Source: Candidatus Eiseniibacteriota bacterium
GTDB taxonomy: Bacteria; Eisenbacteria; RBG-16-71-46
Assembly (NCBI GenBank): GCA_044223005.1
Contig: JBGAML010000001.1
Coordinates: 416,001 to 480,000 of the forward strand
Direction of reading: 5' to 3'
DNA: 64,000 bases
The notes below the pieces were generated by a model. It saw only the letters and a list, made by a program, of their open reading frames with translations, made no database searches and was not told the origin of the DNA. The position numbers and the translations under genes were made by a program. This document shows positions 7,857-16,317 of this stretch, one piece after another; position 1 is the stretch's first letter; each line of letters opens with the position of its first letter.

Positions 7857-10568
7857 TCAGTGCGCGGACGACTCGGCGTTCGCGCGCGGGAGCTTGCGCA
7901 CGACGCTCTCGACGCGCCAGCGCTTGCCGCCCTCGCCGATCTCGACCTCGTCACCGACGGTCTTGCCCACGAGGGACTTGCCGATCGGTGCCTGGAAGGA
8001 GATCACGTTGGCGCCCAGGTGCTGCTCGCCGTCGCCGAGGATCCAGTAGCTCGTCCGCTCGTCGCCGCTCGCCAGCGCGACCTCGGTGCCGAGCCCGACG
8101 ATGCCCTCGCGATACTCCGCGTCCTCCACGAAGCGCGCCCGGCCGATCTTGAGCTGCAGCGCCGACGCCTGCTTCTGGGCGTTGGCCTGCTTGAGCTTGG
8201 CGCTGTGGTACTCGGCGTTCTCCTTGAGGTCGCCGAGCTCGCGCGCCTTCTGGATCGTCTTCGGGATCGTGGTCTTGAGTTCGCGTTCGAGCGCGACCAG
8301 CTCGGCCTTGAGCTTCTCCCAGGTCGGGCGGGTCATGACCGGGATGTCGAAGTCCTCGGCCTGCTCGCCCACCTGGCTGAAGAGCTTCTCGGTGCGCTCC
8401 TGCCGGTGATCGAGCACCCACTGCTTCTCCTGCTCCAGGCCGACGCGGCCGACGGCGTCGAGCGCCGGGAACAGCAGCCGGTCGCTGGAGCGCCACTGGC
8501 GGATCAGGACGCGGATCTTGAGCGTCATCTCCGTCGTCACCGGGATGCCCGCGAGCATGCGCTCGAACGAGCCGCCCTTCTCCAGCCAGCGCAGGACCTT
8601 CTCGGCGATCGAGGGCTTGGCCTTCTCCTCGATCATCTGCAGCGCGGCGAAGAAGAGCCGCCATGCGTCGGCCGGCGGATCGCCGGCCATGTCGTCCTCG
8701 ATCATGCGCATGACCGCGGCCGGGTAGTCGACCGCGCGGTCGAGCATGGCGCGGCGGAGCTGCATGCGGCCGGCCTCGTCGAGCGCGGCGCGGTCCTTCT
8801 CGGCCTCGTCGCGGACGGCGGAGAAGCGCGAATCGAGCGCCGACAGGATCGCCTCGGCCTCGACGCCGGCCTGCCGCGACTCGGCGAGCAGCGCGAGCTG
8901 CTCGTCCTCGGTCGAGAGGTCGGAGATGCCGAGCCCCTGCTCCCACAGCACGCGGAGCACCTGACGCCACTCGTCCTGCCGCTCGGGATACCAGCGCGCG
9001 AACGTGAGCCCGGCGCGCGCGCGGTCGGGGCGCTCGCCCTCTTCGTCCAGCGTCGTGCGCACGATGAAGCTGCCGAACCGGCCCTTCAGCGCCGCCTCGG
9101 CCTGCGGGTGCTGCGCGAGGAACTTGCGGATCACGCCGAGGTTGTAGCGCGCCGGCTTGCGCACCTCGTACGCCGGCAGCAGCGTCGTCGACGTCCCGGC
9201 CGATGCCCGCGGCGCGGCGCCCTCGGGCGCGAGCTGGTACACCTGCTCGAAGGCGCGCGAGTGGTCGATGCGCGGATCCTTCTCGGCCGCCGCGCGCGCC
9301 TTGCGCCAGAACGTGGTCCAGTCCTTGGCGCCGACCAGGTCGGAGCCGATCAGGAACACCTTGAGCTTGTTCGCGTCCGCGCGCCCGCCGAGGATCTTGA
9401 GCGCGCGCACGACCATGGTCGCCTGGTCTTCGGCGATCAGGCGGCGCACTTCCTCGGGGTTCGAGAAGCGCAGCAGCCGCAGGTCGTCCTCGGACACCGG
9501 CGTCAGCGTCCGGCGCGCCGCGGCGTACGGCATCTTGTGGCCCTTGGACTTCGCGAAGTCGATCACCACCGTCGTCGTGTCGTTGCCGACGATGCGGCCG
9601 GCGCCGAAGCCCTCGTGCAGCACGCCCCGGCCCGGCGCGAGCGCCGAGATGGAGTCGAACTGCTCGATCGCGGCCACCAGCGTGGCGTCACCGCCCTCGA
9701 GCCCGCTCTGCGCGACCGCGGCGTCGAGATCCGGCACCGTCGCGCCGGGGCCCTGCCGCAGCGCCAGCGTGATCGCGGCGCGGAACGCGTCGGCGGCCTT
9801 GTCGCCGCCCGCGGTCACCGCCGTCGCCACCACCTTGCGCAGCGGCTCGAGCGCCTCGCCCGCGCGCTTCGCCTTCGCGAGCCCGTTGGCCACGATGTCC
9901 GCGAGCGAGCGCGTCTCCTTGAGAGCGCCCTGCGTCGCCACCACCGGCAGCACCTGCGCGAGCTGCGCCAGCCCGTCCCAGTCGTCGTGCTCCACGAACT
10001 CGAGCGCGGCCTCCTCGAGCTGCGGCCAGCGCGCCTCGGCCGCGAAGCGCGGCGCGAGCTCGGCGAGCAGCGCCCGGCGGTCGTCGCCCTGGCCCGCCTC
10101 GCCCAGCCGCTGCGCGAGCAGCAGCGCGAGCTCGAGATCGTCGGGGTTGATCGCCCACGCGCGCGAGAGCGCGTCGATGCGGTCGGGGTCCTTGCCGATC
10201 CCCTCGTGCGCCTGCGCGAGCAGCCGCGCGGCCGCGTGCGTCTGTACCAGCGCGAGCGAGCGCTCGGCGACTGCCGCGAGCGGCTCCCAGTGCTTGCCCG
10301 CCGCGAGCTTCTCGCCCAGGTGGAGCAGCGTCTGCTGCGCGCGCTCGACTTCGCCGTTCAGGGCGCAGACGGCCGCGAGCAGGTACGAGACGCCGTAGGT
10401 CGCGTCCGACTGCTTGAGCCGGCCGCCCAGTTCGTCGCGCGCCCACGCCAGCCGCTTCTCGGACTGGGCGTCGTGGGCGATGGATTCGAGCGCCGCGCGG
10501 GAGTCGGGCGAAAGATCGGCTCCGACTTCACCTCGAAGGACCGGCGGCAGGGCGTCTCGAACGGGCAT
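7857..10568 (-). CDS. greA: Long GreA-family transcript cleavage factor (C-terminal GreA domain, ~750-aa N-terminal extension)
   Basis: C-terminal ARELGDLKENAEYHSAK and ISFQAPIGKSLVGK. N-terminal region is helical/TPR-like with a VLHEGFGAGRIV Tudor-like segment. Confidence 0.85.
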   Translation of the reverse strand: MPVRDALPPVLRGEVGADLSPDSRAALESIAHDAQSEKRLAWARDELGGRLKQSDATYGVSYLLAAVCALNGEVERAQQTLLHLGEKLAAGKHWEPLAAVAERSLALVQTHAAARLLAQAHEGIGKDPDRIDALSRAWAINPDDLELALLLAQRLGEAGQGDDRRALLAELAPRFAAEARWPQLEEAALEFVEHDDWDGLAQLAQVLPVVATQGALKETRSLADIVANGLAKAKRAGEALEPLRKVVATAVTAGGDKAADAFRAAITLALRQGPGATVPDLDAAVAQSGLEGGDATLVAAIEQFDSISALAPGRGVLHEGFGAGRIVGNDTTTVVIDFAKSKGHKMPYAAARRTLTPVSEDDLRLLRFSNPEEVRRLIAEDQATMVVRALKILGGRADANKLKVFLIGSDLVGAKDWTTFWRKARAAAEKDPRIDHSRAFEQVYQLAPEGAAPRASAGTSTTLLPAYEVRKPARYNLGVIRKFLAQHPQAEAALKGRFGSFIVRTTLDEEGERPDRARAGLTFARWYPERQDEWRQVLRVLWEQGLGISDLSTEDEQLALLAESRQAGVEAEAILSALDSRFSAVRDEAEKDRAALDEAGRMQLRRAMLDRAVDYPAAVMRMIEDDMAGDPPADAWRLFFAALQMIEEKAKPSIAEKVLRWLEKGGSFERMLAGIPVTTEMTLKIRVLIRQWRSSDRLLFPALDAVGRVGLEQEKQWVLDHRQERTEKLFSQVGEQAEDFDIPVMTRPTWEKLKAELVALERELKTTIPKTIQKARELGDLKENAEYHSAKLKQANAQKQASALQLKIGRARFVEDAEYREGIVGLGTEVALASGDERTSYWILGDGEQHLGANVISFQAPIGKSLVGKTVGDEVEIGEGGKRWRVESVVRKLPRANAESSAH

Positions 10569-10683
10569 GGCGCCTCGAATGGGAAACGACGTGGGTGCGA
10601 AAGAGGGGGGAGAATATCGCCCACGATCGCGTTCCACGCAAGTCGGCCGCGGCCGCGGCGCGTTTCGAGGCGCGAGCGGCCGC

Positions 10684-13095
10684 TCAATCCCCCGCGATCC
10701 GCAGCACGCGCCGGACCGCCGTGCCGCCGGCCGCGCGGACGCGGACGAAATACGCGCCCGCCGCCGCCCGCCCGGGCGTCCACGTGAGCTCGTGCGCGCC
10801 GGGGCCGAACGCACCGCGCGCCAGCACCGCCACGCGCCGGCCCGCCACGTCCAGCACGTCGGCCACGACGTCGCCCGGAGCGTCGAGCGCGAACCGCACC
10901 GACACCGGCCCGCGCGCCGGGTTCGGCCACGCGTCCGACACGCGCGGCCCCGGCGGCGGCGGCGCGCCGACGCCGGCGACCAGCGCCGGGTCGACGATCG
11001 CGGCCACGCTGCGGCCCACGACGCCGCCGACGGCGAGGAAGCTGCCGCCCACCGCGACGCGGTCGCCGCCCGGCGCCAGCGCGAGCACACTGCCGCTGCC
11101 CACGTTGGGGTCCCACGTGCCGAGCGCGCCGGTCGCCGCGTCGAAGCGCGCGAGCCGGTTGCGCGTCGTGGCCGCGATCGTCGTGAACGCGCCGCCCACG
11201 TAGAGCTGGCCGTGTGCGAGCGCGAGCGCGCTCACGTCGAGGCTCGGCGCCGGGTCCCACGCGGTCGGGACGCCCGTCGCGAGGTCGAGCGCCGCGAGCC
11301 GGTTGCGCGTGAGCCCGCCCACCTGCGTGAACGCGCCGCCCACCACCAGCGTCCCGCCGTTGACGAGCATCGTCGCGACGCCGTTGTTCGCGCCCGGGTT
11401 CCACGCCTGCAGGGCGCCGCTCGTCGCGTCCACCGCGGCCAGCCGCGAGCGCGGCGTGCCACCCATGTTGAGGAAGAAGCCGCCGGCGTAGATCACGCCC
11501 GCGCCCCGCGCGAGCGAACTCACCGTGCCCGAGGCGTTGGGGTTCCAGGACAGCAGCGTGCCGCTCGCCACGTCGAACGCCGCGAGCGAGCCGCGGGCCT
11601 GCGACGACACGGTCGAGAACGAGCCGCCGATCCAGAGCGTCGTGCCGTCGGTGACGAGCGCGTTCACCGTGCTCGAGACCGCCGGGTTCCAGGGCAGCAG
11701 CGCGCCGCTCGCCGGATCGAAGCCCGCGAGGTACGCCTGCGACGTGCCGCCCACCGCGACGAAGCCGCCGCCGGCGTAGACGCCCGCGCCCGCCGAGACG
11801 AGCGCGTTCACCGTGCCCGTCGTGCCGGGGTTCCACGGCGTCGGGACGCCGGTCGCGAGGTCGATCGCGGCGAGGTTGGCACGGCGCACACCGCCCACGG
11901 TGGCGAACGCGCCGCCCGCGAAGAGCGACGGGCCCGAGATCGCGAGCGCGTTGGTGCCCGCCGAAGCGACCGGGTCCCACGCCGCGAGCGCGCCACTCGT
12001 GCGCGCGAAGCCCGCGAGGTAGGAGCGCGGCGTCGTGACGCCCGACGTGACCGAGGTGAAGTAGCCGCCGACGTACAACGTGTCGCCCGCGAGCGCGAGC
12101 GCCGCGACCTGGCCGTTCGGCGCGCCCGGCGCGAACGCCGCGACGCCCGCCCCCGTCGTGGCGTCGACGGCACCCAGGTACGTGCGGAGGAGCCCGCCCA
12201 GCGTGAAGAAGAGTCCGCCCACGTAGACGTTCGCGCCGTCCACGAGCAGCGCCGACACCGTGCCGCTCGCGGCCGGGTCCCACGGCAGCAGCGCGCCGCC
12301 AACCGCGCCCAGCGCCGCGGCGCGATTGCGCGTCGTGGCGCCCATCGTGGTGAACGCGCCGCCCACGTACACCGTGGTGTCCGCGATCGCGATCGCGTTC
12401 ACGAGCCCGTTGGGCGCCGGGTTCCATGCCTTCGCGGCGCCCGCCGCGGTGTCCACGGCCGCGAGCATGTTGCGCGCCTGCCCGCCCGCGAACCCGAACA
12501 GCCCGCCCAGGTACACCGCGTCGCCACGAACGCCGAGGCAGTAGACGTTGCTGCTCGCGCCCGGGTTCCAGCCCGTGACCGTGCCCGTCGCGGTGCGGAA
12601 CGCCGCGAGGTTCGTGCGCGACGATCCGCCCGCGGTCGAGAACGCACCGCCCGCGTACACCACGCCGTTGCCGAGCGCGAGCGCCGCCACCGAGCCCGAG
12701 ACGCCGGGATTCCACGCCGGGTCCACCGAGAGATCGGGGAGCACGTGCGCGATCGAGGCGCGCGGCTGGCCCCCGACCGAGTCGAAGCTGCCGCCGACGA
12801 ACCAGCCGCCCGCGCCGTCGGCGACGACCGCGGACAGCGTGCCGTTGACGCGCGGGCTGACCGGCAGGCGCGCGCCGCTGGCCGCGACGAACCCGACCCC
12901 GCCGCCCGTACGCGGGCCCACGACGCTGAACGAACCGCCCACGTACAGCGTGTCGCCGCGGCGGACGGCCGCGTTGACGTTGCCGTTGGGCACCCAGACG
13001 GCGGCGTCCAGCGTCTCGTTGGCGCGAGCCGCGCCGGTGATCGAAACGAGCGCGAGCGCGGACGCGGCGAGGCGGCGGAACGTGCGAGCGAACAT
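10684..13095 (-). CDS. Secreted beta-propeller repeat protein (14 repeats) with FlgD/T9SS-like C-terminal domain
   Basis: Signal peptide; 14 copies of (L/V)YVGGxFxxxGGxxRxxLAAxDxxTG...WxP; C-terminus WPNPARG...LDVAGRRVAVL...W...GAYFVRV. Confidence 0.88.
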   Translation of the reverse strand: MFARTFRRLAASALALVSITGAARANETLDAAVWVPNGNVNAAVRRGDTLYVGGSFSVVGPRTGGGVGFVAASGARLPVSPRVNGTLSAVVADGAGGWFVGGSFDSVGGQPRASIAHVLPDLSVDPAWNPGVSGSVAALALGNGVVYAGGAFSTAGGSSRTNLAAFRTATGTVTGWNPGASSNVYCLGVRGDAVYLGGLFGFAGGQARNMLAAVDTAAGAAKAWNPAPNGLVNAIAIADTTVYVGGAFTTMGATTRNRAAALGAVGGALLPWDPAASGTVSALLVDGANVYVGGLFFTLGGLLRTYLGAVDATTGAGVAAFAPGAPNGQVAALALAGDTLYVGGYFTSVTSGVTTPRSYLAGFARTSGALAAWDPVASAGTNALAISGPSLFAGGAFATVGGVRRANLAAIDLATGVPTPWNPGTTGTVNALVSAGAGVYAGGGFVAVGGTSQAYLAGFDPASGALLPWNPAVSSTVNALVTDGTTLWIGGSFSTVSSQARGSLAAFDVASGTLLSWNPNASGTVSSLARGAGVIYAGGFFLNMGGTPRSRLAAVDATSGALQAWNPGANNGVATMLVNGGTLVVGGAFTQVGGLTRNRLAALDLATGVPTAWDPAPSLDVSALALAHGQLYVGGAFTTIAATTRNRLARFDAATGALGTWDPNVGSGSVLALAPGGDRVAVGGSFLAVGGVVGRSVAAIVDPALVAGVGAPPPPGPRVSDAWPNPARGPVSVRFALDAPGDVVADVLDVAGRRVAVLARGAFGPGAHELTWTPGRAAAGAYFVRVRAAGGTAVRRVLRIAGD

Positions 13096-13118
13096 GGGAT
13101 CCTCCTTCGGTGCGCGCC

Positions 13119-16100
13119 TCAGCGCAGGTGGACGATGCGGGTGACGAGCACGCGGCCGCCGTCGCCGGCCACGCTCGCGCGCGCGAACAGCACGCCGGCG
13201 GGCAGGTCGCGGCCGGCGAGCATGAAGCGGTGGATGCCCGCGCCGAGCACGCCGTGGTGCAGCGTCGCGAGCTCGCGGCCGCCGACGTCGAAGAGCCGCA
13301 CGTCGGCGTCGGCCGCGGCGGGCAGCGCGAGCTCGAGCGCCGCGCCGGGGCCCGGCGAGCCGGTGGCGGCGAAGCGCAGCGCGCGCGCCGGCGGCGCCGC
13401 CGCGGGATCGCCCACGTCGAGCGCCGCCTGCTTCACCACGACCCACGCGCCGTCGGCCACGTAGTGCACCTCGAGGATGCCCGCCGCCGGCAAGCCGCCG
13501 TAGAGCACCGTGCTCCACGTGCCGGCACGCGTGCCGCACTGCAGCACGCGGAAGCTGTCGTTGGTCGTCGCGGTGAACCCGGTCTGCGGGCGCACGTCGA
13601 GCGTCCCGCCCAGCGTCGCGGGGCCGACCACCACGAGCGTGTCGTGCGATGCGCCCGCGAGGCCGCCCACGTCGCAGGCGAAGGTGCCGCCCGCCTGGAT
13701 GAAGTCGCCCGTCACCCGCAGGCGGCCGTACGGCGCGCCCGGCGCGAGCAGGCCCGAGGAGGTGAGGTTGCCCTCCACGATGCCGCGCCCGGTCATGCGC
13801 CCGTCGGATGCGAGCACGAACCGCGTCGCGGAGCCGCTCACGACGATGCGGCCGTCGTCGAACGCCACTTCGTCCCCCAGCGTCGGGTCGCCCGCGGCGG
13901 GGAACTCGACGCGGAAGCCGGCGGGCTCGATGCGGCCCTGCAGGACGGGCGTCGCGCTCGAGAGCCCCGCGACGACGTCGCCCGTCGCGGTGAGCGTGGA
14001 GAGCGAGTCGAACTGCACCGCCGCGGCGATCGTGCCCGCGCCGACGAAGTGGCTGCCGCCGAGGAAGACGAACTTGTCGCCGAGCATCGCATGCCCCACG
14101 CCCGTGACCGGCCCCGTGAACCGCAGTCCCGCGGTGCCGACCGAACGCAGCTGGCCCTCGACCAGCAGGTCACCCGCGACCGTGCCGCGCCCGGAGAGCT
14201 CGCGCCCGAGCGCGATCTTGCCGCCGCCCGGCGGCAGCACGAGCCGGCCGCCGGTGATCGAGACCTTGCCGAGCACGGCGCGGCCGTTGTCGACGATCGT
14301 GACGGTGTCTCCCGCGACGGCGAGCGTGCCGTCGAAGCGGAAGCCCTGCCCCGTCGTGCCCGTGCGGCCGAGGGTCAGCGCGCCCGTCGGCGTGACGCTG
14401 CCCGTCGAATCGCCGGCGCTCGCGACCGGCGCGTCCACCACGCCGTAGCCGGTGATCGTCCCGCCGGCGGCGAGCGTCAGGAGCGCCGTGCCGCTCGTCG
14501 TGCCGCCCTGCATGTCCAGCACGCCGCCATCGAGTTCGAACGGCGTCGACCACGTGACCGAGCTCCCGGATTCCACGTGCAGCGTGCCGCCGGGGCGCAG
14601 GTGGGAGTGGATGTCGAACGGGCTCGCCAGCGACACGGTACCGCCACCGCCCACGGTCACGTCGCCGGTGCCGGTCGACGAGACGTGCGGCACGAAGAGG
14701 AACTCCGCGGCCAGCGAGCTGCCCGTGCCGCGCACTTCGACCGTCCCCGTGCCGCTCCCGCGCGGCACCATCACCGACTTGCAGGTGGCGATCCCGCCGG
14801 AGAGGACGTGCAGTTCGCCGGCGCCGTCGCGGCCCACGTGCAGGTCGTCCACATCGATCGTGCCGCCGTCGCGCACGATCAGCTCGCCGAGCGAGCCCGC
14901 CTCCTGGCCGAGCAGCGTGCCGCCGGACGTGGTCGTGAGCGTCGAGCCCGACAGCACGCGCAACCGCCCGAGTCCCTTGGAGCCGATCACCACCGGCGTG
15001 TCGGCGCCGACGCCGTGGAAGGACGCGGTCGCGCCGTTCATCAGTTCGAAGACCGGCTTGCGGTTCGGGCTGCTGAGCTTGAAGTGCTGGTCCGAGGTCG
15101 AGAACGTGCCGCCGTTCACCTGCACCGTGCCGCCCGGGAGGTCGAGGTCGCTGCCCGCGTCGAACCACGTGAGCGACCCCGTGAGGAAGCGGCCCTTGTC
15201 GCGTACGCGCAGTGTCGCGGTCCCGCCGAGGTCCGAGCCCAGCCGCGTGGTTCCCGTCACCGTGACGACGCCGTTCGAGTCCACCACGAACGTCGCGTCG
15301 CCTCCGGGCAGCGTGCCGAAGTTGCCGTCCCCGATCGCGAGGCCGCCGACGATCTCGACGCGGGCGCTGTCGGTGCCGAGCGTCCCGCCCACGGTGACAC
15401 TGCCCGTGTCGCTCGCGTACTGCCCGACGCCGAGCAGGCCGACTTCCTTCCAGTACGCCGAGTTCGTGACCTGCAGCGTGCCGCGGCCGCCGCTCTTGCC
15501 GACCGTCGTCGTCACGTTGGCGGCCGGCGCGCCCGTGAACAGCGACGTGCGCTGCTGGACGGGCGACGTGACCTCGCCCGTGATCGTGGCCGTGCCGACC
15601 GAACCCGCGCCGCTGCCGACGACGAACGCCGTCGCCGGCGTCACGGTGGCGCCCCCCAGCGCGAGCAGCGTGCCCGAGCCCCCGCGCCCGACTTCGAATC
15701 CGGAGCCCTGCGGCGCCTGCGTGAGCGAGGCCGAGACGCCCGAGACGACGAGCGTCCCCGTGGCGCCCGCGGAGGACCCGATCGAGGCGTCGCGGCCCAT
15801 GCGGAACGTGCCGTTGACCAGCTGCACGACCGCCGCGAACCCCGGCGACGTGCCGACCTGGAACAGCGACTGTCCGTAGTGCGGCGCGCCGCAGTCGAGC
15901 GAGACCGTGCCCGTACCGAAGAGGTGGCTCGTCACGGAATCGAGCGGCGATGGGAACGTCACGGTGTAGGTGCCGGCGAGGTTGAACACGAGCAGGTCCG
16001 CCGCCGCGGGCGCGCCCGCGGGGTTCCAGTTGCCGCCCGCGTCCGCGGAGCCGCCCGCGGCGTTGTTCCAGTTGCGCGTGACCGCGAACGCGGGCGTGTG

Positions 16101-16163
16101 GGTGAACAGCACGAGCGCGGCGAGAGCCACGCGCGCGGCGCGGAAGCGGAACGAGTGATACAT
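13119..16163 (-). CDS. Large secreted Gly-rich beta-helix (autotransporter-passenger-like) protein with FlgD/T9SS-like C-terminal domain
   Basis: Signal peptide ending AFA; WNNAAGG...GNWNPAG start; repeated IGxxxGxGxLxVxxG; C-terminus FDVGGRELATL...GVLFAR. Confidence 0.82.
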   Translation of the reverse strand: MYHSFRFRAARVALAALVLFTHTPAFAVTRNWNNAAGGSADAGGNWNPAGAPAAADLLVFNLAGTYTVTFPSPLDSVTSHLFGTGTVSLDCGAPHYGQSLFQVGTSPGFAAVVQLVNGTFRMGRDASIGSSAGATGTLVVSGVSASLTQAPQGSGFEVGRGGSGTLLALGGATVTPATAFVVGSGAGSVGTATITGEVTSPVQQRTSLFTGAPAANVTTTVGKSGGRGTLQVTNSAYWKEVGLLGVGQYASDTGSVTVGGTLGTDSARVEIVGGLAIGDGNFGTLPGGDATFVVDSNGVVTVTGTTRLGSDLGGTATLRVRDKGRFLTGSLTWFDAGSDLDLPGGTVQVNGGTFSTSDQHFKLSSPNRKPVFELMNGATASFHGVGADTPVVIGSKGLGRLRVLSGSTLTTTSGGTLLGQEAGSLGELIVRDGGTIDVDDLHVGRDGAGELHVLSGGIATCKSVMVPRGSGTGTVEVRGTGSSLAAEFLFVPHVSSTGTGDVTVGGGGTVSLASPFDIHSHLRPGGTLHVESGSSVTWSTPFELDGGVLDMQGGTTSGTALLTLAAGGTITGYGVVDAPVASAGDSTGSVTPTGALTLGRTGTTGQGFRFDGTLAVAGDTVTIVDNGRAVLGKVSITGGRLVLPPGGGKIALGRELSGRGTVAGDLLVEGQLRSVGTAGLRFTGPVTGVGHAMLGDKFVFLGGSHFVGAGTIAAAVQFDSLSTLTATGDVVAGLSSATPVLQGRIEPAGFRVEFPAAGDPTLGDEVAFDDGRIVVSGSATRFVLASDGRMTGRGIVEGNLTSSGLLAPGAPYGRLRVTGDFIQAGGTFACDVGGLAGASHDTLVVVGPATLGGTLDVRPQTGFTATTNDSFRVLQCGTRAGTWSTVLYGGLPAAGILEVHYVADGAWVVVKQAALDVGDPAAAPPARALRFAATGSPGPGAALELALPAAADADVRLFDVGGRELATLHHGVLGAGIHRFMLAGRDLPAGVLFARASVAGDGGRVLVTRIVHLR

Positions 16164-16273
16164 GCCGGGACTCCTCGGATGGGGCGCGGTCGCGCGGATG
16201 GACGCTCCGGCGAGTGGGGCGCCGGTGCACGCGGGGGGTGGCGCGAGGATTCCGGAGAGGCCACCGCCTCCCT

Positions 16274-16304
16274 TGGCGCCGAATCGCCCCGGGAGCGGAC
16301 ACGC
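16274..16304 (-). promoter_or_regulatory. Candidate ECF-sigma promoter, copy 2 (GTCCGCT-N8-GAWTCGNCGCCA)
   Basis: 23/31 identical to 19038-19068; lies between the kinase stop and the secreted-protein gene. Confidence 0.55.
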
Positions 16305-16317
16305 CCCCGGCCGGGCG

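Noticed and set aside
10569..11090. Long N-terminal extensions in the ORF track (greA to 11090, exonuclease to 43215, porin to 40100, scramblase to 46407)
   Set aside because: They overlap other genes and are low-complexity; downstream starts with SD sites and family-typical N-termini fit better.
11000..13000. Periodic DNA repeats as a CRISPR array
   Set aside because: They are degenerate ~156-bp coding repeats of beta-propeller blades; no identical repeats with spacers and no cas genes.
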